Positions 50,971-64,000 of a DNA stretch of 64,000 nucleotides are shown piece after piece (position 1 is the first letter of the stretch; every line of letters starts with the position of its first letter). Origin of the DNA: Ascidiella aspersa (Eukaryota); the NCBI GenBank assembly GCA_963924565.1, contig OZ004610.1, forward strand, positions 16,306,001 to 16,370,000, written 5' to 3'. The position numbers and the translations under genes were made by a program. Below the pieces are notes generated by a model. It worked only from the letters and a program-made list of their open reading frames with translations, did no database searches and had not been told where the DNA came from.

Positions 50971-53900
50971 CTACGAAGAACTGGAATTCACTGCTGACTT
51001 TTTCACAGGTAATAAAAGTGCCTTGAATTCGGCCTCCAATGCTTGTTGCAATGATGGCTCCTCTTCGGGCACTTCTTCCGGGATTTCTGAAAACTCTTCT
51101 AATGGCGGCGCAGTCGTAAAATATTCTTCCTCGAAAACAGAATCAATTTGCTGATTCACAGTTTCCAATTGCTGTTGGACTTCCTTCAGTTGCTGGTTCA
51201 GCTTCATAGTGGTCCTTTCCTGCATCACTGCATTGCGAAGTAACTCTAATAAGATCGCACTTTGTTGAGAAACATTCATCCCTTGGTTTTCGTTGGTTTC
51301 TTCTTCTTCCTCTTCTTCGTATGTATAGTACATACTAGGATCAATTGTGTGTGTTTGGGTTGTCGTAGGAGAAGTCGATGTAGAAATTGCGGGGTCGACA
51401 ACTTCAACATCGATGTAAACATCCTCGTACATGTCTTTTGGCGTGGATACTGGAGGTTGTACTTCCTCAGGTATATCGGGATAATACTCTTCTCCGTGTT
51501 CCACCACTTCAGTTGGTAATTCAGTTTCCAACTCGACCTCATTCGGTGTTTCCACCTGAAGGTTGTTAGAGTACTCAACACCTTGTCCTCGTTCGCTGTA
51601 CTCTCCAGTTTGCAAACGGAAATTGAGAACATCTTGATTTGGATAGTCGCGCTGGTACTCTTCCCCTGCATAAGGAATAGGTTTTTAAATAACAATAATA
51701 AACAGAAATATTTTCTTTTTATGCTAATTCAAATGCCACTTTAGATTAACATATATAGCCTTGCTAACTTACACACGCTATCGATATCCACGATTTCATG
51801 ACTCTCTTCGGGGATCTCGGCTGCAAGGCACTTTTCATTTGAGACGCAGGCTCCGTTAAACTCATACGAGCCTTCTGGACAAGAGCAAACTGGTTTGCAA
51901 TTGTCGCACGTGGTTTCCAATTCACGTTCGGCCATGTTGACACCAGGCTGACACACACGTGCACAGCCGCACTCCACAAACTCCAAACCGTCCCTTTAGA
52001 AATAAATCAGTCTTTTACTCAGAGATATTATTTTGCCCATGCTTAATACCGAACAAAAAATATTTATGAAATTATCTTAATAATATCATGTACATTTGGC
52101 AAACTTACTCGCATGAGCTAGCATTTTGCGGCAGCTTGTGTTCATCATGATCAGCTGTCACCCTCTTGGCAGATCTCAGCCATACCATGAATGCACGCCC
52201 TGATATGAAATAAAAATTCATATTATAAGAAAGATAATTTGCAGTTTTGATATTCGTATAAAACGAGAAAGCATCAATCTACATATAAAGTCGATTTACA
52301 CCAACATTTTAATTTTTTATCGTATCTTGGTCAATATACTTGATTGAATTTTAGGCTGCAAAAAATAAGGAAAATATTTACATTGTAAAGAGTACGCTCG
52401 ACACACACTGTTAATAAGTGGCCGATGTCTCAGATTTTCTTTTGCCGTTCCGGGGATCTTTTTTCCAGTCATTGTGTCAACACAAAAAAAGTCAAGACTG
52501 TCACGCTGCAAAGCCTAAACCAGACAAGAAAGGTGTTATTTAATTGATTTTTATGCTTGGGACTTTGTCGTTTTCATAAAAAGTAAATTGTCAACTATGG
52601 CTCACAAATTGTTTAGATAAAGAAATAGAACAACATATTATTTTAAGTAGGCCTATACCACATGAATAATAAAGAAACTTTCTTACTTTAAATGAGCCGT
52701 TTTCCAAACATTCTGGATTGTACTCTAGGACATTTCCCATGGCACTTCCGAACTTTGCCCTGAAGTTCCGGTATTCGTTTTGGCGATGTTGACACAATCT
52801 CGTGTCGTTAGGCGGCGCTGTATAGACTTTAGTTGAGAAAAGGCAAGGTTAACGTTTGCTTGTGTACTGATGACAGACTTGTGGAAGGAACCGAGTTGTA
52901 TAAAAAATTATTTTTACATTAAACATTAAAATTAGCTTTAGAAGTAAATTAATTAAAAAGTCATTGTTAGCAAATGACATTAGATATTGAAGTATATTAT
53001 TTTTTTGGAAGAGGAAGCCATAAAAAAGGCAAGCAATGTTTAGAGTTTTGACGTGCAAAATATATTTCACCACTGTTGGCGAAATTTGATAAGAAGCAGG
53101 GGTGAGCGCAGAAACAAGGTCCGGCTTTGTCATCAGTATACAAGGCAAGGCAGGTGCAACATGCAAATATCGAAAAATAAGGCTGTGAGAAAAAAATAGG
53201 CGTAGTGTTATAAAATCAAAAAGAGCTTTGTCATGCAGAAATGCAGTTTTGTTATTTAAGCTTACGTTGCATGCTGATAAATGTAAACTTACCACATTCA
53301 AGTTGTTCTTTCGGGTGATAGTGTGAAATTGAACCATCCTTTGGTATGCCACTTTCTGGATCCACACAAAAACAAAATCCGCGATCGGTGTTGGAGCACT
53401 GAGCCGGCTACAAATTTGGTAAATATAAGTTAATACCCAACAACCAAACAACAGTTCTCATTGTCGATAAGTATGCTAACTTTTCAGTGTGTATGCTGGT
53501 ACTCTTGGTGGTACACGGCTAAACGCATTTGGTTTTTTGACATTTCGTATTGGAATATTGCCCATTTACATTCGTGTGTACGTAAGAGGGCTGAATACGT
53601 CACACGAATGTGCCTCACGTTTATGTGTGTTGCTTACGTACCAGTCGCGTGCAATAGAATGAAAACACTCCATCTTTCTTACCATCCAGTATCTTCCACT
53701 AAGGTCACACTCTGGCACGTAGGAAGGTTCACTCCTTATCGACCCTGTAGTCTCGATTTCGTCAGAAACTTGCTTGTGACGTTCTTTGCATGGCAAACGC
53801 ACGGGGGCGATCGAGACAGGAGCACCTAAAAGAAATTTAAATTTAAGTTATGACACTTTTACGCCGATTTTAACTTTTGTTTGGCATTGACATACCACTA

Positions 53901-55333
53901 AACTATAGTGTTACAGCAATCCGTATAAGGGTCAGCGTCCTACATGTCTTGTGCAATATTTGAAAACTGCATTTCGATATAATGCGATTGTGACGTATGA
54001 AGTACCCGTTAGCACGACTCACTCTAAAAACGGACGGGCTAATTATACCCGAAGCCACTTTGTCTTAATAGCCGGGTGCCTATGAACCTCCATTAAGTGA
54101 CATGTTTCCATGAAATGCAAATAAATAGGGGAAAGGCCAGTTGGTTAAAAGGTTCTTATGGTTGTCCCAATTAATTGGCATAAGGGAGTCGGACTTCCAT
54201 TGAAACCTAACGTGTATGTCACATTACTAAGCAAGCTTCACTGCTTCAAAGAAACGAAGGGGTTGAAAGGCAAGTCCACCTGTGAGCTCTCTTGTATGCT
54301 AATGAAATCTACGGAATTCACCGAAACGCGGTGTTTAGGACATTTTTTTTTTTTGCATCATGCTTGACAAGGATTTCTGCACATACAAGCCGCCTCAGTC
54401 CTGACTAGGCCTAATCCGCAGAAATCTTATCGGATTCGTGCCCGGTCAAAACGCCAGACGCGCGCTTCGACACGAAATCCTTGTTGCCACAACACATGGT
54501 TAAAACTTTTATTACGTAAAACTCCCGATTATTGTCAATGCCATTGCACGAGCCATTATCTCCGCTGTAATCGCAAAAAAGTTCAATAGTCTGATCATTT
54601 CGCGATAAAAATGTATGCGAAGAATGTCTGAGTGACGCAAAAAAGAGTTTTATTTTGTTGGCGTTAGATTAAATTTTCAAGCTTTCGCCATATAATAAAG
54701 TGGTGTACATAAAGTTTTCTACAACCAGGTGCCATGTTAAGAGGCACTTGGAAAAACATTTGTTAACATACATAAAAATAACAAATGTAGTTAAACCAAC
54801 AAAAACAAAACTAACACAAAAAAAAAAACAATCAGAAGTATACGTAATGTCAAGAGGGTTAAGTGCATCACACGCTGGGTCAATTCCGTAGCCCGCCCTA
54901 CAGTTTATAGCCAAGTATTTTGCGTGAGTTGATCCCCATTAAAAAACATGGAAACTTTTAGTTGCTATATTGCTCGTCGTTTTATCCTCGCTAATCCTTG
55001 TCGTGCCCGACAGATCACAGGCTTGTGGGCCGAAAAACCGGCCTCAGGTGTGAACGCGGTTAAGTGCTCTTGACGGCGCAAGCGTTTGTAATTGCAATGT
55101 CATGCACAGCTCTCATGTAAAGCATTAATTAGCGCGCAAATGCCAAGGTGTAAAACATGTCAATGTGACCTGTAAGACTGTTTATCCGTTTCCTAAATCA
55201 TCAACATTTTTGCTACATTTATTTCCAAAAAAGTTATGTTCGTCACTTAATAATAATTAATCGAACAATGTAACATACCTGATGTCAGTTGTAGAACGAC
55301 GCAAGAGAATGTTGCCAAAATAACCGATTGCAT
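50971..55333 (-). CDS. secreted protein: signal peptide, two thyroglobulin type-1 domains, TIL domain, Glu/Thr/Pro-rich and coiled-coil tail
   Basis: Exons approx. 55333-55279 (MQSVILATFSCVVLQLTS), 53825-53683 (PCKERH..YVPECDLSGRYW), 53407-53293 (PAQCSNTDRGFCFCVDPESG..C), 52817-52687 (LCQHRQ..YNPECLENGSFK), 52514-52382 (LQRDSLDFFCVDTMTG..C), 52199-52109, 51993-51772 (FVECGCARVCQP..CDNCKPVCSCPEGSYEFNGACVSNEKC), 51666-50971; phases are consistent. Confidence 0.85.
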
Positions 55334-56334
55334 CTTTCTTCTTCAGTATTCGTAACGTCGGTACACAGTTTGCTCAAAATTACTAATGCTGATAAAATTA
55401 GCTCAAAGCCAAAGGTCTAAGTTAAAAAAAATTCGTTATTAACACCAATTTGAAATTTAAGAATTGCATCGTGATGACACACTGTTTTATTTAAGTTTTA
55501 GTAAGTGCCGGCAGCAAAAAGTATCATTGCTTAGCAAAATGTTGTAACTTTGCCTTTCCTGCTTGTACGCCTATATAAATCCATATTTCGATCTGTCATA
55601 AATTAAAAAAAGGCTGGCATCGCGAATCTAAACCGCCCCAATGCGTACTTCATGCCCGACGCGCACAGGCTTTATATTTTTTTTCGCATCACGTGACGTG
55701 GTGTCAAACGAGTGCCTCGATTTTTTCCTCCTCAACAGTCGTTAGCCTGCGGCGATTGGATCAAGGCTTACTTTAGCGCACTATGCGATCATGTCCATCT
55801 GATGTCTGACAACAGCTCCAAACTGCCTGACCTTCTATAAAGCAACATCATATGCGATTATTGTCTTCGACATCTTCCATACGCAAAGGGTGCGCAAGAA
55901 CCGCGATGCAATCGCAAAACAACACAGGTGATACGAGGATGCCGTCTGCACTTTTTGCGCTCCTAACATCTTAGTTTGCACTTTTATTTGGTTACGTTTC
56001 CCATGTGCGAAAAGTTATGCTAGTTTCTGATTTTTTAAACAATGTTTTTTGGAGATCACACGGTACGTTGTTAGGTATGTAACATACTTTCAGGAGAACG
56101 TTAACGAAGTTATACACTCTATTCAAAACACTGCATGTTTTTCAAAAAAATTAAAAGCATTTTTATATTGTTTATCCGCTGTATACAAAAATTAGTTTCG
56201 TCACTTTAACGTTTAAAATTGCTATAAAGTTCGATTTATCAACAGTTTCGGTTTCAGAGATTTACACGACAAAGTCAATGGCCGTTTGAAAGACGAATCG
56301 AAGCCCAAACGTTATTTCAGGTAAGCGAAATTCT

Positions 56335-56653
56335 TAGTGGTTCGCAAGCAAGTCAGTGGTTCGCAAGCGAGGTGCCGCGGCACTGGGTGCCATTTTTAAC
56401 GCTCAATGGTGTCGAGAGATATTTAAAATTCTTTGGGATTCCAATTTTTGCTCTTTTGGTAAGCTTTTTGATGATTTTTTTTGTACGATAAAAACAAATG
56501 TGTTTTCAACCTTGTTGCGCAGTTAATGTGCTGTTTCAATCGCGTTGAATGTAACGTTCAGTTGACCACTTAGCAAAAATACGAGCAAGGGTGTCGTATA
56601 GTATTTATACTTTTTGTAGGGTGCCGCAAGCCAAAAAAGGTTGCGAAACACTG
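56335..56653. mobile_element. hAT-type MITE with duplicated left end
   Basis: AGTGGTTCGCAAGC twice at the left; GGTTGCGAAACACTG at the right. Confidence 0.6.
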
Positions 56654-58667
56654 TACTATATAATTGGTGCATTAGCAAGTAATTGAAACATATTGATATT
56701 TAACCTAAAACATACCGTTAGGAATCCTCGCTGTTGCAAAGCCAAACCAAACCTATTATATTATAGTTTACGATATTGCCGAGTTCTTTGCCAGACGTTA
56801 TCCGCTTAGATTAAATAGATCTTCTTCAGCAGAAACTCGACATTCCTGTTAAATCTTAACTTTGAAAGGAAACTGAGTGAAAAAGCAATAACCAAATCGG
56901 ATTTATTTTGGCCATTGGAATTATGACGTGTACGAATGACGCAAGTTGTGGAAAGAGGTGATGGCTTGTTATTTAATTCTTTGCACGAACAAATAACGTG
57001 ACACGCAACCTGAGGCCTACTGCAGATAACAATTATCGTGCATAGCCCCCCACCCCTCTTGATACGTGTTCAATTACAAAAAGGATCCGATTACTAATGT
57101 GTTTCTTAAACTCAGCCTTATACTGGGCAAAAAACATCACGACTTGATGAGATGCCCGTAAAAAAAACAATTTGCATCACAATATTAGGGATTACGCAAA
57201 GAAATAGAGTAACAAAAACATCCGGTCACATTTTCGTCAAGTAGTGATTGCTTCAACTTCTTCGTAATAAAAACTTGCAAGCATTATATAAGAATAGCGG
57301 AAGGTCTGTACTCTAAAGAAGTATTCCTTATATGTTCAAAGATCTACAAGTGCGCCCTGAGTTCAAAAGTTTAAGAAACACTGGTTTATTAGGTCAGATA
57401 TAGGTTGGAAAACGAAATCAGCATTACAAAACATTACCGAAATAAATGTCTGTGTTGAAGTCGCTTCAAAATGTTTAGACTATATAAGTTGTCACACCTT
57501 GGTAATGTTTAATCTACGAAAGGTTTGTCAGCCTCAAAAATTCGTTCAACGTCTTATATGGTGAAAGTGTCGGTCATTCAATTGAGTCCTAGACTTTCAA
57601 CAAACAGTTCATGTCCGCCCCTTTTGCCAGTCAAGTCGCGTGGCTGAACACTAACGACAAACAAAGATTTGACTATTTACAGCTTTTGGCCACACGTAGT
57701 CATCAGCGTGATTTTTCAGATTTAACTTGGGCAAAAATTTGCCTCGAAGCGATCACGAAGCTTGCAATGTTCAACGGTCAAGGATCATTTCGTCACACAT
57801 TCATTCGTCAATACAAAAAGATGCTTTAAAGCCATAAGAATAACTACACGGCTTTGACACACTTTTAAAGCCTTGACGTAAAACGAAACATTTCTCGGAA
57901 ATGCGAATGTGGTTGCGGTTTTGGATTTACCAATTTTTCGAGACAAGGGCCTCGCACCATTTAACAGAATAAGGTTTATCTACAGAACACTGCTCATTTA
58001 AATATTTTCATAGAAATATCCCACGAAAATATTAAAATATTTTTGCTTCATTTGTCAATTATTTTAATACCGTAGTTCCTTTTGCATGCCAAATTTTTTG
58101 TCATTAGAATATATTTTTATCGTATATTCCTGAAACATACGCGGTTACTAAAACACAAAAATAAAGCAGGGTTGTTGATTTGGATCAAGTAACATTGACA
58201 TCATTTATCGAAACTTATAGTGGGTAAATTTTATATCCCCAAACATATCCCCAAAACCTTTGATATACTTCAATTGTTAAATGGTCTTCGTCAGATAAGG
58301 TAACAGACAAATATAAACAGGGCATATATACACAATGTTAACAGATGCTAAAAATGTAAAAGGTAACTAGTAGGATCTTCTTCGGACTCTCTTGTTAACT
58401 ATTCACGCCACGGCGCCACGCAGTATAGGCAATGTTTTAATTATAATTTAAATGCAATTTTAACTTCTGATACCAATTTGTGGTGCAAAAGAATTACTAG
58501 TATTAATATAAGGCACAAACCGGGTCACCTCTTGCATTTTGCCAAATTTTCATGGCTTTAAAAGAGGTTTTCACAAATCATAGCTAACATTGCAGGAGTT
58601 CGTTGCACGTAGAAAATTTTCACGGGCTGTATGTTTTGTAGGTTACCTCACGCACGCGAGCTGGCAA

Positions 58668-58688
58668 AAACAACAACAACAACAACAA
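58668..58688 (+). repeat. (AAC)n microsatellite
   Basis: About 6-7 AAC units. Confidence 0.8.
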
Positions 58689-59546
58689 TCCAGGGAATTT
58701 TGGCTGTAATTTCCGTGTGAAGGAGCGAATGAGTCCGTCAGATTTGGCAAGCTGCGGCGGACAATCGAAGTTTATTTTCTGCAACAAACAAGCGCGAACG
58801 TCGGCACACTCGCGGCCACCGGCATGCCAGAAACAAGCAAGGATCGCCTACGCGTGTGATGATGCATCGTGACGAGAACATGCTCAGATATGATCAGTAG
58901 TCCACGTTATACTGTGTAGTCTGCCGTCGTAGATAAGGGCCCGGAGCAGCTAGTCTCCCTCTTTATCTAGCACTCTTGGGTTCGCGCTACAACCAAAGCA
59001 CGGCCCGTGCTCTGATAATGTCGATTAAATTGCATCGCTGCAAAAATCCGTCTGGCAAGTGTAAACATTGGCTGCATCAGATAACAACGCGTCTATCTGA
59101 GGAACTTCAATGTATATTAAGGCTGTTCATGTCACATAGTTTACTGATGATGGTTGAAGCGCAAAAAATGTTCATTTTTTGTCACAGCCTGAAACATTTT
59201 TTCGGGTAACTTGTATGAGAGAATTATGTTTCTAATCTAAATTTTATCGTTACCCTTCATCTAATTGAGCTGATTTTTGGTTAAAGTTCCTCCACTCAGT
59301 TCGACCTTGTTTTGTCTGTGCATTTAACAAAAAGTTGTGCATTTTGTTTATTTTTGATTTGTTACACACAAGTATGTTGGTTTCGTAGATGCATATGTAC
59401 CTCAATGCATTATGTGCAAACTCTTAATCAAGTGAAATTTCAATGTAATGAACTTCTTTAGGGAGATGTGATTTATAAATAGCATATTGTTGTGAAACTT
59501 GTTCAAATCGCTTAACATGCCAATTTCTAACAGCATTAATGCACTT

Positions 59547-59604
59547 CATAACAATCACCATAAAGCAATATGCCTTCATAACAATCACCATAAAGCAATA
59601 TGCC
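59547..59604. repeat. 27-bp tandem duplication
   Basis: CATAACAATCACCATAAAGCAATATGC unit repeated twice. Confidence 0.85.
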
Positions 59605-62389
59605 TATCTGCAGGGAAACTCCATGGTAATAATGTTATCTGCCTTCTTAATGGAGGCGGCGCATTATCTCCGCAATTAGAATAAATCGTTAAACATTTTA
59701 AGTGATACATGTATTTCCCAGAAGAACCTCTGATAATTAAAATGCTAGTTTGTTCAATGTGATGTTATGTGTATATTGGTTTGCGTATTTAGCCAATATA
59801 TTTGAAACAAATTTCCTTGCAACGTAAACGTTTTGGCCAAAACACCATATGTACTTAATTGGTTTATTTGCGAAATGTTTTAAAAATTCTTTCAATATGA
59901 TATAAAGCTTGTGATTATTATAAATAATAAAAACAAAATCACTGCTATTACACGCCAACAATAAATCGGTCGTTTTCTGCGCTTGGAGTTTGTGCATTTC
60001 CGCCACCCGCTACGTTTAATCTTGTCCTGACTTTCAAGTGCTTTCGTCAGTTCATAGCTTGCTGAACCCAGGGCGCGATTCAATTCCTGGCAAATTGATG
60101 CTTAAACTGAAATAATTGTCACCGTGTGACCTCTCTTTAATTACACCCACCCATTTTCACAGCGTGCAATAAAACCGCAAACCAAACAGTGCGAGAGTTG
60201 TCACTCCCAAAGGTCGCGACGCCCATTCTTTGAACATCATTGAAAAAAAGGTGAACCGATGCTGCTAGATTGTAAAGCGACTTACCTAACCCTTGCCGTG
60301 AGAACTACGATTTTACGCTGGAAACTAGCTTAAGTACCACTGCCAGATGGCGTGAAATGTGTTGGATGCCCTGCCCAGCTGCGTGATAAACATGGGTCAT
60401 GCACTTACCTTCGTTTGTAACTCGCCGACTTTTACAGAACGATAATTTCTGCTTTGCGTTGAAGCAAGGTCGTCCGAATTCGTCTGAACGCCTATTATAC
60501 TTCGACACTTCGTGTACCACCGGTATCACGTTTATATCGAGTTTAAATTCCGTTGCCTAGGTTTGGTGATGTGCGATAAACACACTGAATGTGATACTTA
60601 AAACGGTTAATCGTTTGTTTCCAATATCTGCTCAACATGAACTTAGCTTTTGTATATTTATCGGCGTTCTGTGCATCCACGCAATTTAAAGAGGTATACA
60701 TCTTATATAAAAACTATAGTAAAACTATTAAAACTGTCCATAAATTGCCACGGTAGTTTGATGTTACATGCAGAATGATGCATTTTCGGACCATGTGAAA
60801 TATTACCAGTGTTTTGCAATGAGCATTAATCCGCTTGTGGTTGTAACTGAATCAGGCGTTGTTTAGCAATGCAACAACCAAGTCTGGTTGTTGGAAAACG
60901 CCACGGATGTATGCGGTCCTATAGCACCAGCTTCACACAACAGCTTAGCAAACCAATCTACCTGCTGTGACCCGGTGATTACATGATCATTTATTTAGGG
61001 TTTTCGTGTCTTTTTAAAACAAGTAAGACGGCGCTGGTTTCAAGTGACAACATGTGAAACACCAACAGGACATAGATCACATGGAATCGCGACAAACAAC
61101 TTTACTGCGTAATGTGACTCTAAACACTCATTCTCCATCCGATTAATTCTGTTATCTGCAGCTACTACACACCAACAAATCGTATTGGGTTTTACGAAAA
61201 GGGGTTTTAGTGCTGTCAGAGTTAAAAATACGATTACGAACCAACTTGAGGCCGACAACAAGGTTAAGTCTCTGACAACACAATTAATGTGCTCATTACA
61301 GAGTATGGCGTGCAGACCAACTGTCTGAATATGTAGCAAAGCAATCGCGCGCTTTCAAGTTAAAGACGTTGTGTCAGCATTTTATGCTCGCCGGTTAAAC
61401 ATAATATATTCTGCGGCTTAACGAGAGAGCTAGTGACCTACGCCTGCAACAAACTGGCGCGGAATAAGGCGGTTTTAGTCTTGCAAATCTGTGATGGCGC
61501 TTATAGAGATATATTTTTCACCACCACACGACAGAAGATTTCTCGCGCCAGTCTAGAACCACGCGGCAGAGGTGGGTCGTACCAGCGAACGACCAAAGTC
61601 GAACGACACAAACTGGTACTGGCACAATCTAATTCTAACCGCATTATTTTCTAATTACGCCAACAGTGTCGAGCGAGTGTTTCGACTAAATAGAGGGTAA
61701 ACTCTACACTGTGTTCGGCATAAGGCGTTAGGCGGCACACGACGGAATAACCGTAAACGGATCATGGGACCGTAATTATGGTCGACAACGACCATTTGGG
61801 AAACCGTAATAACACCCAGAAAATAGAAATTGGCATTTAGCCGACTAATTCGGGTCTATTTTAAATCGTGTTTCACGAATTGAAATAAGGTTGTCCGCGA
61901 AAAATATTTTGAAACAAATATCGGCTGATTAGTGTTTGCGTTTAAAATCCCAAAGATGTACAATTCGTGATAACGAAAACCGGTTTATAGCGCAGCACTG
62001 CCCTGTTAAGTTGCTACCCAAGCAGTATAGGTTATTAAATACTATCATAAATAATATATATATATTTCAATTGAACGTGCTGAATATATACAATTTTTCA
62101 CCATATTTATAACTTCTTTTAGTACGTTTTAACGATTTTTTTGTAACTAATGATTTTCCTATGTAGTTTAATATACTGCCTTATCAGGAAACATTCTTTA
62201 GCTTTTTCTGTTCTAATCAAAGTCACTAATTTTATAACAATCCAGCATTTCATTAGCGTTGTAGGCTTGTAGTGGCCCTGTTTTTATATATAATATTATG
62301 TAGGAAGCCCAGAAAATGTTAGTCGTCATATGTATTTTTGTTTTTTGTGGGATGATTTGTTTGCCCAGTAATATTCTCATGGCCTATGG

Positions 62390-63218
62390 CAGAGTTTCTT
62401 AACCTTTTTTACTTGGGGGCGCACCTAGAGATATTTTAAAACGTTGCGGCTTGCGTCGCACATTGCGAGCGTTGAGGTGTACCGGTATTTCTCTTAAATT
62501 GCTTTTTTATTATATAAGCTTTATGGTTGCATATCTTTAAAGAGACTCCAGCCTTAAGACCAAAATAATGACAACGTCAACTTAGGAATAAAAGACAGTT
62601 AGGAATAAGGCGTAAAAATGACCAAATCGGAATCAGACCTAAATGGCCAAAATAAGGCCAATACAACCTTTTATCTAACCCCAAACACAACCCATAACTA
62701 ACACCAAATCCCCGAATATTTTTAACCCTAGCCCAATTGCTAACACCACCAACTACCGCCTATAAGCCCAAACAGAGGCAAAAAAATCCAGGGCCAAAAC
62801 AGCGGCGCCCAAATGTCGACAGCAAACGGCCAATGCCAAACATGTGTCCCCCAATCATCCCATACCCTTTCGCTACAGTCCTGGGCGTAATTTTGTCTTA
62901 TTCCGATTAATTTGGAGCTTAATACGACATGTTTAGGTCTTAACTAGACTATTTCAGATGTTATTCTGTCGTGGTCTTTAATGCGAATTTGGCGTTATTA
63001 TTTCGGTGGTCTTAGTATACCATGGTATTATGGATAATCTGACTTTATATTGTTGCTTTGTAGGTATTGTTGTGTTTTCTACTTGAAAGTACTGTGGAAT
63101 CAATGAGCTAAGCCTAATAGAAAAGTAAAAAATACATGTTTTGTTTATTAAATTATTTTTTCCTTTTGCTCGCGGCGCACATGGCAGCCTTCCGTGGCAC
63201 ACCGGTTGAGAAACGCCG
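62390..63218. mobile_element. hAT-type MITE with a nested repeat (~62550-62950, family also at ~24900-25080)
   Basis: Termini CAGAGTTTCTTAACC / GGTTGAGAAACGCCG; perfect TSD GCCTATGG; nested GGAATAAGG..CTAAATGGCCA..CCTATAC-type repeat. Confidence 0.8.
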
Positions 63219-64000
63219 GCCTATGGATTGCCTTTGGACCGACCAGGTTATAAGTATGGGGGAAATATTCGGTTTTGGTAAATAAAATATTTTATTTATT
63301 TATCACTTAATATTTCAAGCGACGTACATGTTGGTCTTTTAAACCTAGCTTCTAAGTAGGCACTTCAAATCCAATATTAGGGGAAAGTTGATTAAGGTGG
63401 ATGTATATCAGGGGAAGTATGCTAAAGGAGAGCAGTTTACTGAAAAAGGGAGAAAATGTGTGTAAAACACGAACGCTATAAGCTAATAATTTCGACTGTT
63501 CAGTGATTGAGCTAGCTTTGTTCAGTAAAATACGTACATATAGTACCAACAATAAAATAAGTTGTTATATATAATTGTTATATTTTTTTTGCTAGGGTTA
63601 TTTGATTTTGCGATTGTACATAATGATAAACTTGAGGCATCAAATTTATTTGTAAAACGCCCGAAGACACCACAAAATCAGGAAACAATATTTTTACCTT
63701 GTAATTCTAAGTGAGTTGTTAAGTAAATTCTTGAATTTTGTTTTCGAACTGTAAAACGATTTTCAAATGTGCTCATTTTTTGGGAAGTTTTTAGTCCAAT
63801 TTGCCATCACTAAAATACCTGGAATTGACCTCATCATGTGCGAACCATGTTGTTTGCAACCTGATAATTGCCAAGCATTTAATTATTATTTAAACGCCTT
63901 TAGCATGGGAACAAGCCACAGCTTTACATCTGCATTGTGGATTCAGTTAAGCCTCCAAGCCCGAATTCGCAGCATCACGCCCCGATAATTACGAATATAC

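Noticed and set aside
52849-53451. 200-aa minus-strand ORF
   Set aside because: Out-of-frame overlap of a real Tg1 exon plus intron sequence; no coherent protein.

Overview
AT-rich, intron-dense invertebrate genomic DNA. Short introns and chordate-type gene content suggest a tunicate, but that is an inference. Four multi-exon protein-coding genes were assembled by hand, all on the minus strand: (1) AHI1/Jouberin (C2-like region, WD40 repeats, SH3; ~335-18547, continuing past the left edge); (2) a secreted thyroglobulin type-1 + 3x Kunitz protein (23080-28818); (3) a FACIT-type collagen with VWA + TSPN/LamG domains, COL21A1/COL22A1-like (~34050-49587); (4) a secreted 2x thyroglobulin type-1 + TIL protein with an acidic tail (50971-55333). 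Between AHI1 and the Kunitz gene lies a decayed Penelope-like retroelement with RT and GIY-YIG remnants. The most striking signal is four minimal type-I hammerhead ribozyme motifs of the Penelope class, sitting in three small hairpin elements within AHI1 introns (5.4, 5.9-6.1 and 8.2 kb). One of these elements has a 14-bp target-site duplication, and two motifs lie on the AHI1 sense strand on either side of one WD40 exon. The window also has many hAT-type MITEs with 8-bp TSDs, foldback elements, a mobile repeat family with an internal tRNA-like cloverleaf, two consecutive GC-AG introns, and a strong-Kozak uORF just before the AHI1 start. The 56-64 kb region is mostly non-coding. Exon boundaries were read manually and may be off by a few bases.
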